Assembly (NCBI GenBank): GCA_000004695.1
Contig: CM000151.3
Location: 5,984,001-6,048,000 of the forward strand
Reading direction: 5' to 3'
Source of the DNA: Dictyostelium discoideum
Taxonomy: Eukaryota
Length of the DNA: 64,000 bases
Shown: in pieces, positions 19,763 to 33,174 of the stretch
How positions within the stretch are numbered: position 1 is the stretch's first letter
Layout of the letters: every line of letters starts with the position of its first letter
Program-made: the position numbers and the translations under genes
The notes under the pieces: model-generated
The model's database searches: none
What the model was told of the DNA's origin: nothing
What the model saw: the letters and a program-made list of their open reading frames with translations, nothing else

Positions 19763-21562
19763 TTATCTTCTTACCGTTGAAGGGTTTTGATTAATTCTAC
19801 CATCAAAACCAATATTTCTGTTTGGAGTATTTGGACCATTTGATGAGGTTGGACCACCATTTGTTCTAAGTTGAGATGTTGAAAATGCACCATTACTACT
19901 ACTACTGTTACCACTATTTCCATTTAAATTCCTTCTTTGAGGATTATTAATATTTGATTGTGGTTGTGGTTGTGGTTGTGGTTGTGGTTGTGGTTGTGGT
20001 TGTGGTTGTGGTTGAGGTACTTGTCTAGATGGTGAAAATGGATCTCTTACACCACCATGACTTGTTTGTTGTGTTGAAATTGGTGGAATTCTGGTTTGTT
20101 GAGTTGATGGTGGTTGTGGTTGTTGTTGTAATTGATTTCTATTATTTGGAAAATTTTTAAAGAAACCTGGACTTAATTTGTCAACTAAATCATGAAGATA
20201 TTTTAAATCAATTAATGCTTGATTTAATTGAGAATCCTTTTCATTGATTTGAAGTGATTTATCAACATCTACAATTTCATATTGTTCTTGAAGTTTTTTA
20301 TAGTTTAAAGCGAAATCGTTGAGTTGTTTTTTACGTTCTAAATTACAAGTTGCCAATGATTGATCCTTTGTAATGATGATATCGTTGAGTTGTTGAATCT
20401 TTTCATTGAGTTGTTGAATTTGTCTATCGGTGGTTTTTGTGAGATCATTGATTTGTTTATCCCTATATTCAATGTACATTTTAGATTTATTGGTCAATTG
20501 ATCGAATTGTTGTTGTTGTTGAGAGACCTTTAATTTCAAATCGTCACATTCCTTTATCAACTCTTTGGTTTTTTGATTCTTTTCCTTTAGTTCCAATGAA
20601 AGTTCATTGGATTGTTGAATTGACTGATCGTAATCCAATTTCAATTGATTCATATCCTGAGAGATCACAGAGATTTGATTAATCTCTTGTTTGTATTTTT
20701 GTTCTTGGTTTGACAATTGGGTGTAGGCCGATTGAAGTTTTTGATACTCTTGATCCCATTCATCAATGGTTGAATTGCATTCCTCCAATGAACGATTCAT
20801 TTGTTTGACTTGATTTTGTAATTGTCTAATTTGATCATCCAATCTGGATTTCTCCTCTGCAAATGAGGATGAACTAAACTCAAAGCTTTCAATTGCATTG
20901 TCACGATCATTCTGTATCATTTGTTTCTCTCTCTCAACTCTATTGAGATCACTAAAAAGTTGATTCTCTGATTCTATCAATTTCTTTTTCTCTTTCTCTA
21001 ATCTAGTGATGGTTTTATTTTGTTGTTCAATGGTTTTCAAATTATCACTAATCTCTTCCTCTTGTAAATAAATCTTATCAGTCATTTCATCTAATCTCTT
21101 TTTAATTATTGAATCATTTTCATCAATAAAATATCCTGATGATGTTGTTGCTGCTGTTGTTGATTTTAAATTATTAGTTGTTGATTGTTTTTGTTGTTGA
21201 TTTTCATTTGTTGTTGTTGTTGTTGTTGTTGTTGTTGGTGGTGAAGATGGTTGTTGATTTAAACCATAACTTCTTTGTGTAGTGGTGGTTGTATAATTAT
21301 TGGTTGTTGTTGGTGGCGGTGGTTGTCCACTAGCTTGAGTGTTTGAAAATTTATAGTTTGATTTTTCCTTTAATAATGATTTATAAAATGCTAATTGTCT
21401 TTCCATACCTAATATATATTCTTCACTTCTATTATATGGTGTTTGTTGTGATGATGAGGAAGATGATGATGGAGGTGGTATATTTTCAACATCAACACCA
21501 TTATGATGTTCATTTTGATTTTGATGTTCATTTTGATTTTGATGTTGATTTTGGTGTTGATA

Positions 21563-21594
<32 letters not shown>

Positions 21595-22258
21595 TTCTGA
21601 GAGAGAGAGAGTGAAAGATTATTGTAAGTTAAAAAAAAACAATAAAAAATGAAATAAAATAAAATATTGAAAAATTATATTATAATACATACTGGTGATC
21701 ATATGAATTTGATTGATAACTTGGTTGGTATACTGGTTGTGTTGTAAAATGTTGTGGTTGTTGATATTGATGCTGTGGCCTATTTGGAGTTTTAATATTA
21801 TTTGCAATATCATTGGATTCTTTGGCAAAAGCATCTTGATATTCAACTGTTTCATTCATAATATAACTTTGACTTGCTGTTAATGGCCTATTACCTGATG
21901 ATGATGATGATGGTGGTTTTGAAGGAGTTCTTGAATTTATATTTGTAGAATAGCCATTTGAATCTGTTGTAATTATTTTTGGATTTGTAACTCCAAATTT
22001 AACGCCATTTGGTTTAAGATGATGATTAAAATTTAAATTATTACCAGAAGTTTCATTATTATTATTATTATTATTAGTTCCATTGTTGTTATTATTATTA
22101 TTATTACCACTATTTGGTCTTAAAGGGGTAGTTGGCGATTGAGTACTTCTTATTGGAGTAATTGGTATATTAGTATGACCAAAGATTGGTCTTGATCTGT
22201 TTGGTGTATGGGTCATAGATTCATTATTAATATGTTGTTGGTCATATTGATATGACAT
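19763..22258 (-). CDS. coiled-coil protein with N-terminal Asn/Ser/Thr-rich region and (PQ)n tract. Exons: 22258..21693 and 21596..19763 (96-nt intron, GTATGT...CTCTCTCAG)
   Basis: Two large same-frame ORFs are joined by a phase-2 intron, giving CA|GTATGT ... CAG|A, and Q at the junction. Exon 2 begins ...QQQQYQHQNQHQNQNEH... and continues MERQLAFYKSLL..., with long heptad-like coiled-coil stretches and (GGTTGT)n encoding PQPQPQ at 19961-20013. Confidence 0.6.
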
Positions 22259-23181
22259 TTTTGTATTATTTTATCTTTTGTTTTTGTTTTTTTATTTTAT
22301 TTTATTTTTTTATTTAATTAAATAATTTAGTTTATAAATAATAGTGATATGTTTTAAATTAAAAAAATAAAATTAAAAAAAAAAAAAAAAAAAAAAAATT
22401 GAAAAAAAAAAAAAAAAAAAAAAAAATTAAAAAAAAATATTTTTAAAAAAAGTGGCGCAAAAAAAAAAAAAAAATTATTTCTTGTTTTTTAATAAAATAT
22501 TTCCTTTTTTTTTTTGACAAAAATAAATAAATTTTCTTTTATTTTTTTCCAAATCTATATTTTATTTTATAAATGTATTGTTTATAGTTAAAAATATCAA
22601 AACATAATTCAATTTCAAATTTAGGTAAACTATTATTAAAATGTTTACATTTTTTCCCCCCTATATATAAAAAAAAAAAAAAAAATAATAAAAAAAGTTT
22701 CAAAAAAATCTTAATATTTACTATAGTTTACCCTTTTATTTTTTTATTATTTATTTTTTAAATTTTTTTTTTTCTAATCAGAATTTTCCAGAGATTTTTT
22801 TTTTTTTTTATACAGGTCGGAAAAAAAAATCTTATTTTATCATTAACACTCGGGATTAAAATTGTGCAACCTAGCATTTTGGAAATTTCGTATCAATTTT
22901 TTTTTTTTTTATGTGCCAAACTAATCAAAAAATAAAATAAAAAAATTAAATATATCAAAAACATTTTTTTTTTTTGTTTTTTTTTTTTTTTTACTTTTGG
23001 TTTGAAAATTCAAGCCCGGAAAAATTGGGCAAGTAAATTTTTGGGTTCCAATACCAGCCACTCCTTACTTGTTTTTTGTTTAACAACTTTAGAAATATTT
23101 TGGTCCAAATATTTATGGAAATTAAAATTGTTTTTTTTTTTTTTTTTTTTTTGTCAAAAACATAAAGATAAATAATTAAAA

Positions 23182-25155
23182 ATGATTAAAAAATTATTTG
23201 TTTTTTTAATTTGTTTGATGATTTCAAATAATGCAATTGCATCATCGACATCTAGTTCATCAGAAATTACAACCGTTTCACCAGTGACAATTATTGTGAA
23301 TCCAAATCTGTCCAATAAATATCAACCAGGTGAATGTGGTAATCAAACAGTGACTTGTAATAATTTAATTGACGCAATGGAAAGTTTTATGAAAGTTGCT
23401 ACATTAATTCCAGGAATTCCAAATAAAGAATACTCAATGTATCAACAATTAAATTTATTATTAACTGATGGTATTTATCAATTTGAAAGTAATTCAATTT
23501 CATTATTTAATATGAATGTAACAATGGCTACTTTAACAGCAAATTCAAATTCTGTCATTTTCAGTGGTGGTGATTCGTCATTAACTTCACCATTATTCAG
23601 TATATCAAATGGTAACGTAGTCGATAGTGGCCTAACACCAAGTTATATTCAAATTAGTGGTATCCAATTCCAAATAAATCAAACACTATTAAATGTAAAC
23701 ACCGTTTCATCATTCACTGACTTTAAAATCAGTAATTGCCAATTCCTAAATTATAACAACCAATTGGCATCAATGTTTACCATTAACCAAGGCGCTGCCA
23801 TTGCTCAATTGCCACTTGAAAATAGTGCCATCTATTTCACAAATTCAACATTTAAATCACTTTCAACCGGTTACTCAACTCCATTAATGTCTTTTAAAAA
23901 CACAATTGTTAAATTAAATACTATTAATGTTTCAAATGGGTTGGTTGGTAATTTCATTAATGCAACTTATTGTACAGTAAATGTTGATAATGGTAATTTT
24001 AATGCTATTTCTACATCCACTGGTTTATTCAGTGGTTTCGACTCAAGTATTTCAATTTTTATGAATACATTCATTGGAAATAGTGCTGTATCAAGTAATG
24101 CAGGTGGTTCAATTATTAATATGGTATCAGATAAAATCAATAGATACTATTTCGATCTTTTATTTTCAACATTTGTTAATAATAGTGCTGCTGGTAATGG
24201 TGGTATTGTTAGTGCGGTTAATACTGTACAAACTGCAAGTGAAACTCAAATAAGCTATATCGTAAATTCAACATTTACTGGCAGTTCTTCCTATTCATCA
24301 TTTGGTGGCGTTGCTTACTTGATCAATACTCCAGTAAGTATTGATAGTAGTACATTTGGAAATAGTACATCAAATATTGATGGTTCAATATTTTATTTTA
24401 CCAATTCAAACCTAATCGTTACAAACAGTACTTTTATTTATGGTAATTTACCATCACCATCAATTTTGAAACTAAATAGAGGTGGTGTTGTTGATACTAC
24501 TATTAACTATGCTTTCTACACATCTGGATCTAATATTACATTCCAATCAACCAACATGTATAGAGTATCAATTGATTGCATAAACTCTGTAGTTATTGTT
24601 AATACCGTTGATCCAGGTATTGTTGGTCCAAATGATGTCCAATGTTCAAGCTGCCTACTTACTGTTGGTATCAATCAAGCACCATATTGTAATCTACCAC
24701 AAACTTCTTCATCTTCAACAACTTCCTCATCTTCAACTTCCTCACCTTCAACATCTTCAACATCTTCAACTACCTCACCTTCAACTGCCTCAACTACCTC
24801 AACTACCTCACCTTCGACTGCTTCAACCACTTCAACTACCTCACCTTCAACTGCTTCAACCACTTCAACTACCTCACCTTCAACTGCCTCACCTTCAACT
24901 TCCTCAACCTCCTTAACTTCCTCAACTTCTTCAACAACAAAAACAGCATCATCATCATCATCATTATCATCCACATCTGGAACAGGCACATCAAGTAGTA
25001 GTAGTAATAGTGGTGGGGGTCATATAAGCTTAGTAGTAGCCTCATCATCCTCAACCTCCACAACCTCCTCAACCTCCTCAACATCCTCTGAATTCCAAAA
25101 CTCGACATTTGGATTATTTGTCATTATATCAATTATAATTTCTTTAACAATTTAA
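23182..25155 (+). CDS. secreted, probably GPI-anchored protein with parallel beta-helix-like N.S.F/NSxxGNGG repeats and a Ser/Thr-rich mucin-like stalk
   Basis: The signal peptide is MIKKLFVFLICLMISNNAIAS. There are numerous NxS/T sequons. The FTNSTF/VNSTFTG/NSAAGNGG/NSAVSSNAGG motifs are periodic. About 20 copies of a 12-aa unit STTSPSTASTTS fall between roughly 24700 and 24950. The tail GLFVIISIIISLTI is hydrophobic. Confidence 0.6.
   Translation: MIKKLFVFLICLMISNNAIASSTSSSSEITTVSPVTIIVNPNLSNKYQPGECGNQTVTCNNLIDAMESFMKVATLIPGIPNKEYSMYQQLNLLLTDGIYQFESNSISLFNMNVTMATLTANSNSVIFSGGDSSLTSPLFSISNGNVVDSGLTPSYIQISGIQFQINQTLLNVNTVSSFTDFKISNCQFLNYNNQLASMFTINQGAAIAQLPLENSAIYFTNSTFKSLSTGYSTPLMSFKNTIVKLNTINVSNGLVGNFINATYCTVNVDNGNFNAISTSTGLFSGFDSSISIFMNTFIGNSAVSSNAGGSIINMVSDKINRYYFDLLFSTFVNNSAAGNGGIVSAVNTVQTASETQISYIVNSTFTGSSSYSSFGGVAYLINTPVSIDSSTFGNSTSNIDGSIFYFTNSNLIVTNSTFIYGNLPSPSILKLNRGGVVDTTINYAFYTSGSNITFQSTNMYRVSIDCINSVVIVNTVDPGIVGPNDVQCSSCLLTVGINQAPYCNLPQTSSSSTTSSSSTSSPSTSSTSSTTSPSTASTTSTTSPSTASTTSTTSPSTASTTSTTSPSTASPSTSSTSLTSSTSSTTKTASSSSSLSSTSGTGTSSSSSNSGGGHISLVVASSSSTSTTSSTSSTSSEFQNSTFGLFVIISIIISLTI
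24700..24950 (+). repeat. 36-bp coding tandem repeat (Ser/Thr/Pro-rich)
   Basis: Units of acctcaccttcaactgcttcaaccacttcaact... repeat inside the 23182..25155 CDS. Confidence 0.6.
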
Positions 25156-25401
25156 ATAAATAATTTATATTAATTTTATTTTTTAATCTATTTCAATTTC
25201 TAACAAAACTAATAATTTTTTTTTCCAGAAAAAAAAAATATTTATTTCCACTCACAATTTTTTTTTTTTTTTTTTTTTTTTTCAAATTTCAATTTTTAAT
25301 TTTCACTTTTTTTTTATCTTTTTTTTTTTTATTTTTAATTTTTTTTTTTTTTCAACACACCTCAAACACACACATAAATATTATAAATAAATAATTAAAG
25401 A

Positions 25402-26323
25402 ATGCAATCAAATCTTATAAATTTATTTAATGGTATAATTAAAAGAGAAATAAATGTTTTTAATGATGTTGTAGTTGTTGATGATGTTGTTGAAAAAAAA
25501 GATACAGAAATGACTGATGATAGTACTCCGTCATTAGATAATGAAGATCAATCTACACCACCACAACCATCACAACCATCACAAATACAACCAAATAAAC
25601 TATTATTCAATAAAGATAGTTTACTTAAAGAAATTCAAAAAATATATCCAAACATAAAAGACCCAATTCAAATAGAGATTAAAACTTCAATTGATTTAAA
25701 TATTAGAATTTTCTTTAATAATTTAATAGTATGTTATTATAATAAATAAAAAATAATTAATAAATACTAATAACATACTATTAAATTATTTGTTTTTTAT
25801 ATATATATTAAAAAAACAATAGAAACAAATAGATATAACTTATGAAAATATAGATCTTGCAATAAAATTGGCATATTCATTTGTTGAATTGGGTATATTA
25901 GATTCAATTTTACCATTACAACTTTCAGAGGATCTTTTTGAAACGAAAACTATTAGTAAATGTTTAGATTTATTTGGTTTATTAGAATCTAGAGCTGAAA
26001 TCTTTTCACAAGTATGTAGTTAAAAAACAAACAAAAAAAAAAAAAAAAAACAAAAAAAAAAAACTATTTCTATTTATTGTTTACTATTATATCAAACATC
26101 ACACACATGTATGGTCATTGAAGTACATATGGCTTTAGTTGTAGTATCATATTTTCAAAATATTCAATGATAGTGATAAAACTATAATAGTAATAATAAT
26201 AATAATTAATAATTATAAAATAAAACAAAACTATCAATAAGTAGATTGGTTTTTGATAGATTAATAGACACAGGATATATAAATATAGTTGAAATAATAA
26301 TAAATAAATAATAACATTATAAT

Positions 26324-26359
<36 letters not shown>

Positions 26360-28149
26360 ATTTTCAATAAAATCATATGTTTTAGGATCCAGAAATTATT
26401 AAAGGAAGAAAAAGAAATTTATTATTAAAGATATGTATTGAATTATTGAAAAGGGAAACCAACCCAGATTCATGTGGTCGTATTTTATTATTTTTAGCAT
26501 ATGTTTTCCCATTATCTGATCCATCAGGTTTAAATACAAAAGGTGAGCACAATATTCATCCTGAAGAAGCTTTAGATTTTCAAAATGATATAATGAATAA
26601 TGTAAATGGTAATAATAATAACAATGTAAATAATAGTGAAGATACAACAACAACATCAACAGCAGCAACAGCAACAGTAATAACAACAACAAATGGTAAT
26701 AATGATACAACAGTTGATAGAAATTTTTATAGACAATTTTGGGGATTACAAACTGTTTTTCAAAATCCTCAACAAGTTTTATTGAATACAACAGTAACAA
26801 CTGGTGGAACTATTACAAATATAACATTAAATAAAATTAAATGGGAATCATTCATACAGTCATTAGAGTTGGTTATAGGATCATTTTCAACTCATATCAA
26901 CTTGGATGAACTTTCTCAATCATCCTCAAATAACCCATCTAAAAAACATTATTTCACAAAATATCTAACAAGTAGTAATTTAATGAAACTTCAACTTAAA
27001 GATTCTATCTTTAGAAAGAATATTTTAACTCAAATTTTAATAACTTTTCAAGCTTTAGATTTAACAAATCAAAAATATCCAACAATTTTTAATGATTTAC
27101 AAGTATTTATTTTATTATTAATAATAGTAATAATTAATTAATTTATTAAAATTTTATTAATTCATTTTTATTTTATTTTTTTATTTTTTTATTTTTTTTA
27201 GAAAAATATAATTCAAGAATTAACAAATAAATGTTTTAAAATTTTATCAAATACAAATCCAAATGGTGAATATTTTTCAAATTGTTTATCATCAATATTA
27301 AAGAGAGAGAAGAATTGGATCATTTGGAAACGAGATAATCAATGTAAACCATTTGAAAGACCACCATGTAGTCCAATTGTTAAAAAGAAGAAATTATTTA
27401 GAAAGACAGCATTGACAAAGATATCATTAGGTAATCAAGAGTTATCTAGACTTTGGAATCTTTCAGGTGCACCCAATGATAGATCCTATTTAAAGACTCA
27501 AAATTCAGTTTCATTAGATTCATTCATTGAACCTTTGAAAAAGGAAACCATTGAACAAGAAGAAAAAACAAAACAAGAAGCATTGAAATTGGAAAGAAGA
27601 AAAAAGAATGAACAAAAGAGATCTGATGCTGAAAAAGCAAGAAGAAAAGAATATGATGAAAAGAAAGCTGAATTCTTATTGGCAAATCCAACTAAAAAAG
27701 ATAAAGATTATCAAGAGTATGAAGAATTACCTGCTGAAGTAGATTCTGATGATTTAAGTGATTTAGATGAACCAAAAGAACTCTTACGTGATAATCCAGT
27801 TTACATTTGGAAAACTTTAAGATTAATCTCTAGAAAGAGATTAGAATTATTTAAAAATCCAAAGTTTGATGATATAATTCAAAGTTTTATTAAACCTACA
27901 ATAACTCAATCACAAGCAGTATCAACAGCTACACCACCACCAACAACAACTACAACTACCAGTACAACAGCACCACCAACCATAACAACAGCAACAGCAA
28001 CCACCTCACCACCACCACCTGTAACTCCTGTTGTTTCTACCACAACCACACCAACTCAAATAGCCTCAACCTCTTCTCCTACAATCGAAAATTTATCTCA
28101 AAATGAAAAGATTGAACAAATCGCCTCAAATACTCCTATGGAGGAATAA
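25402..28149 (+). CDS. thoc1: THO complex subunit 1 (THOC1/Hpr1 homolog). Exons: 25402..25728, 25823..26011, 26386..27102, 27202..28149 (about 726 aa)
   Basis: Conserved blocks versus human THOC1 are CGRILLFLAYVFPLSDPSGLN (hs CGRIQLFLARLFPLSEKSGLN), NFYRQFWGLQTVFQNP (YNLYRKFWSLQDYFRNP), KKHYFTKYLTSSNLMKLQLKDSIFRKNILTQILITFQ (GEHVYFAKFLTSEKLMDLQLSDSNFRRHILLQYLILFQ) and LGNQELSRLWNL (MGNEELTRLWNL). Introns are GTATGT...AG / GTATTT...AG. All junctions are frame-consistent with ORF-track ORFs. Confidence 0.8.
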
Positions 28150-28544
28150 AATCAAGTTCTAAAAGTAAAAAAAAATAAAAAAAATAAAAAATTAAATAAT
28201 TTTATTTGTATAAAAAAAAAAAAAAGAAACCCATTAAATCCCACACGTGTGGGTTTTTTTTATTTAAAAGTGTGTTTTTATTTATTTTTTATTTTTTACT
28301 TTTTTTTTATTTTTTGGGGTTTGTGGGTAAAAATAAATAAAAAATCTTGAATAGATCTAGATTTAAATTGAGAAATTTAGGCAACTAATTAAAATTTCTT
28401 TAAATTATTAATGTATTCATCTAAATTCCAAATCTAAATCTAAACCCACCAATGTTTTTTTTTTTTTTTTTACTTTTAATACTTAACCATTTTACATAAT
28501 TTTTTTTGCAATAAAAAAAAAAATAAAAAATAATATACCAATAT

Positions 28545-28578
<34 letters not shown>

Positions 28579-29020
28579 GTTATTAGTACTTTTGTTAGTA
28601 AAGATGATGTTAATAATTTTTTTATATGTAAAAAATAAATGAGATAATAAAAATATAATAAATAATAATATTGAAACACTTGATGGTTATTTTTTTTTAA
28701 AAAAATTTTCTTTTTTTTTTTTTTTTTTTTATATTATTTTTTTTTTTTTTTTTTTTCTTTTCTTTTTTTTTGATACTATGTACAAATAATAGTTTTTTTC
28801 TTTCAACAATCCTATTGAAAAAATTAAAAAACTAAAAAAAAAATAACTTGAAGGTTTTGAATCGAGATTTCGATTTTTTTTTTTTTCTTTTTTTTTGTCG
28901 GTTTATATACCAATTATTCCACCACCGCAACATAAAATGTTTTGAATATTGAGAAATCGAAAAAATGTCGATATATATATATGTATATGGTGTTTATATG
29001 AATAAATATAATAAATTAAC

Positions 29021-29417
29021 TTATAAAGATGGTACAGTTTGGGAACTTGAACAAAGGGAAACCAAGGCAGAGGAAGGGGATGAAGGAATACTATTGTTGT
29101 CACTACCTTTCATTAATTCAAACATTGAGCCATAGTTATTGAGATGGCCAACATTTTCGTCATAATTTAGCAACATGGAAGAGTACTCTTCATCCAAGGT
29201 ATGGTGGTATAAACCAATTAAATAAGAGGTATAATTGGTTGGAGCATTTGGGCAAGAGAAAGCATCAGAGTTGTACTCCATCATATCAGGAACCATGGCA
29301 GCACTTGAGAGAGAATGGCCTACAACAGAAGGAGAACTGTAATTGTTAATAGTAATTGAGCTAATGTTGTTGTTATTATTATTATTATTGTTGATGTTAT
29401 TATTTAATTTCATATTA

Positions 29418-29467
<50 letters not shown>

Positions 29468-29716
29468 GTTATTATTTTTATTATTATTATTTTTGTAATA
29501 GTTGGTATTATAAATTCTATTGATATTTAAATGTTTTTTATTTTTTTTATTTTTTATGACAATTTTTCTTTTATTATTATTATTATTTAAAAAAACAATT
29601 AAATTTTTAGTATTAAAATTTTTTTTTATATTAATTTTAATGTTAGAGTTATTTTTTACCCCACCTACTTTTTTAGAAGAAGATAAATATTTATTTCTGT
29701 TGTTGTTATTATTCAT
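29021..29716 (-). CDS. Asn-rich low-complexity protein, hypothetical
   Basis: 231-aa ORF, mostly poly-N/K, with a non-repetitive C-terminal part (…SSPSVVGHSLSSAAMVPDMMEYNSDAFSCPNAPTNYTSYLIGLYHHTLDEEYSS…). Confidence 0.35.
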
Positions 29717-30114
29717 TATGTATATATTAATAAAAATAAATGTGTTTTGTATTTTTAAAAAAAAAAAAAAATTTTAAAAATTAAAAATCTTCACCACAAA
29801 AAAAAAAAAAAAAAAAGAAAAAAATATAAAAAAAAAAAAATAAAATTAAAAAAAAAAAAAAAATAAAATAAAATAAAATTATTTTTTATTTTTTTCCCAA
29901 CGATTGTAGGAAATTTGTGTGAGGAAGAAACCTGGTGCCTCTTTAAAAAACAACAAAAATAAAAAAAAAAAAAAAAAAAAAAAAAAATAAAAATTAAATA
30001 ATAATAATGCGAGAGACAATAGTTAACTTTGTTGGATTATCTTATTAAGTTTTTCACAAAAATGTGTGTGTGCATACACCATTGTGATAAATCTAGACTT
30101 AAATATTGTCTCAC

Positions 30115-30162
<48 letters not shown>

Positions 30163-30514
30163 AGATATTAAAAAAAAAAAAAAAAAAAAATAATAGAATA
30201 ATAATAATAATATTCTAAAAATAAATTAATTTTTTGAAATTTATTTAATTTATAGCTTTTTTTTGAAAAAAAAAAAAAAAAAAAAAAAAATATGTTTTAA
30301 TTTGGCAGAATAGAATAGAACAGAACGGAAGACATGAAAATGAGCTCTTTTCAGACAAAGAATTTAATTTCAATTTTTTTATTTATTTTTAATTTTTTTT
30401 TTAATTGAATTTAAAAAATATTAATTAATTTCATTTTTTTATTTTTTTTTTTATTTTTTTTTTTATGTGTCATTAAATTAAATAATAATAAATTTCTCTC
30501 TCTAAATCTATAAA

Positions 30515-30687
30515 ATGGAAAAAACCACCCCAACTCAATATGATGTAAAGGTTCAATATAATAATTCAATATTAAACTATGCCATTGATCACAGTGACCA
30601 ACTTACTGATATCCAAAAAGAATTAATTCAATGTATGTTTTAATTAATTTATTTATTTTTTTTATTATTTTATTTTTCATTTTTATT

Positions 30688-30728
<41 letters not shown>

Positions 30729-31313
30729 GTATGTTTAGTTACCAAAGAAAATATTGAAAGACATATTATGTTGACTCAAGCTGAACAATGTTCATTCTTT
30801 AAACTTTTAATCCAAGTTTTAAATGCAAAGAAAACTATTGATATTGGTGTTTTTACAGGTCTTTCATCATTAACTGCAGCATTGGCAATGGGTGACGAAG
30901 GTAGAGTTGTTGCATGTGATGTTTCAACTGATTACACCCAACATGCACTTAAATTCTGGGCTAAAGCAGGTGTTGATCATAAAATCAATTTAAAGATTCA
31001 ACCAGCTTCAAAAACATTACAAGAATTAATTGACCAAGGTGAAGAGAATACTTATGATTTTGTTTTCATTGATGCTGATAAAACTGGATATGACACTTAT
31101 TATGAATTATCACTTAAATTAATTAGAAAAGGTGGAATCATTGCCATTGATAATGTTTTACAACATGGTCGTGTTGCAGATCCAAATGCCAATGTAGAAC
31201 CAAATTTAGTTGCAATTCGTGCACTCAATGATAAAATCTTAGCTGATAAACGTGTTACTAAAACAATGTTACCAATTGCTGATGGTATCACTTTAGTTAC
31301 TAAAATTAATTAA
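30515..31313 (+). CDS. omt5: Caffeoyl-CoA O-methyltransferase-like class I SAM-dependent O-methyltransferase, tandem copy 1. Exons: 30515..30632 and 30739..31313 (230 aa)
   Basis: Exon 1 is MEKTTPTQYDVKVQYNNSILNYAIDHSDQLTDIQKELIQ. Exon 2 is FTKENIERHIMLTQAEQCSFFKLLIQVLNAKKTIDIGVFTGLSSLTAALAM...FIDADKTGYDTYYE...GGIIAIDNVLQHGRV.... It is collinear with plant CCoAOMT (MEIGVYTGYSLLATALAL…FVDADKDNY…GGLIGYDNTLWNGSV). The symbol is assigned from the tandem pair and a predicted length of 230 vs 231 aa, and is moderately confident. Confidence 0.85.
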
Positions 31314-31496
31314 ATAGAATAATAAAAATAAAAAAAATAAAAATAAAACAAATTGTTTTAATTAAAAATAATAATACCCACAACCAAAATTTTCATACGA
31401 AATTTCAAATTATGATCATCTGATCTTTACTTTTTTTTTTTTTTTACGTTACTTTATTTTTTATTTTGAGACCAAGGTTGCACCAAAATTCTAAAG

Positions 31497-31534
<38 letters not shown>

Positions 31535-31748
31535 TTTTTTTATTTTTGACTGCTAACATTTGTTCAGCCTAAAAATTGAATTATTAGAATACGTTACTTT
31601 AGATATTATTATTTTAATAAAAAAAAAAAATTTAATGGGAACGTTACTAGCTCCATTAAATTATAATTTTTTTTTATAAAATCAGATTTCTAATTTTGTG
31701 AAAGGTAATGATAACGTTGTAGAATTCTTTTATTCTTTTATTTTATTT

Positions 31749-31798
<50 letters not shown>

Positions 31799-31882
31799 CA
31801 TAAAAGCAACGTTTTGTTTTTTTTTTTTTTTTTTTCATTTCTATTCTCTACAAATATATCATTTTCTAAATAAATTAATAAA

Positions 31883-32653
31883 ATGGAACAAAAAACCGCC
31901 CCAACTCAATATGAAGTAAAAGTACAATATAATAATTCAATTTTAAATTATGCCATTGATCACAGTGACCAACTTACTGATATCCAAAAAGAATTAATTC
32001 AATGTAAGTTTTTTAATTAATTTTTTCATTTTTTTGTATATTAATTAACTTTTTTTTTTTTTTTTAATATATATTTAGTTACCAAAGAAAATATTGAAAG
32101 ACATATTATGTTGACTCAAGCTGAACAATGTTCATTCTTTAAACTTTTAATCCAAGTTTTAAATGCAAAGAAAACTATTGATATTGGTGTTTTTACAGGT
32201 CTTTCATCATTAACTGCAGCATTGGCAATGGGTGACGAAGGTAGAGTTGTTGCATGTGATGTTTCAACCGAATATACTCAACATGCACTTAAATTCTGGG
32301 CTAAAGCAGGTGTTGATCATAAAATCAATTTAAAGATTCAACCAGCTTCAAAAACATTACAAGAATTAATTGACCAAGGTGAAGAGAATACTTATGATTT
32401 TGTTTTCATTGATGCTGATAAAACTGGATATGACACTTATTATGAATTATCACTTAAATTAATTAGAAAAGGTGGAATCATTGCCATTGATAATGTTTTA
32501 CAACATGGTCGTGTTGCAGATCCTAATGCCAATGTAGAACCAAATTTAGTTGCAATTCGTGCACTCAATGATAAAATCTTAGCTGATAAACGTGTTACTA
32601 AATCATTACTCCCAATTGCTGATGGTATCACTTTAATTACTAAAATTAATTAA
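31883..32653 (+). CDS. omt6: Caffeoyl-CoA O-methyltransferase-like O-methyltransferase, tandem copy 2. Exons: 31883..32003 and 32079..32653 (231 aa)
   Basis: Exon 2 is nearly identical to copy 1, with differences such as STEYTQ vs STDYTQ and KSLLPIADGITLITKIN vs KTMLPIADGITLVTKIN. Exon 1 is MEQKTAPTQYEV..., the donor is GTAAGT, and the intron and flanks have diverged. Confidence 0.85.
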
Positions 32654-33000
32654 ATATTAAAAAAAAAGTGTTTAGAAAAAAAAAAAAATAAAAAAATAAT
32701 GAATAAATTTTGTTTTTTTTTTTTAAATAAATAAATAAAAAAAAAAAAAAAATTACCCAGTTGGGATAAATGATATTTTAATTTTATTAACTTTTTTTTT
32801 ATTCTTTTTTTTTATTTTTTCTTTATTTATTTATTTTTATTTATTTTTTATTTAAATTAATTTTTATTTAAATAATTAAATTTAAATTAAATAGTTTTGA
32901 TTATTCCAAAAAAAAAAAAAAAAAAAAAAAAATTGTAAGTTGTGAAGTTTAATTTCAATATTTAATTAACTGACAACTAATAATCTTTTTATTTATTTTT

Positions 33001-33044
<44 letters not shown>

Positions 33045-33174
33045 GCGAAATAGTTTTTTTTTTTTTTTAATTTTTTTTTTTTTTTATTAATTTCGACAAA
33101 CACACAACACAATTATTTATTGATATACAATATATAAAATAAAATAAAATAAAAGAAAAAAATAGTTAAAGAAT

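Noticed and set aside
24596-25108. ORFs 24596..24916 (+), 24675..24989 (-) and 24869..25108 (-) overlapping the 23182..25155 gene
   Set aside because: These are alternative-frame and antisense ORFs created by the 36-bp Ser/Thr-coding tandem repeat and are not independent genes.
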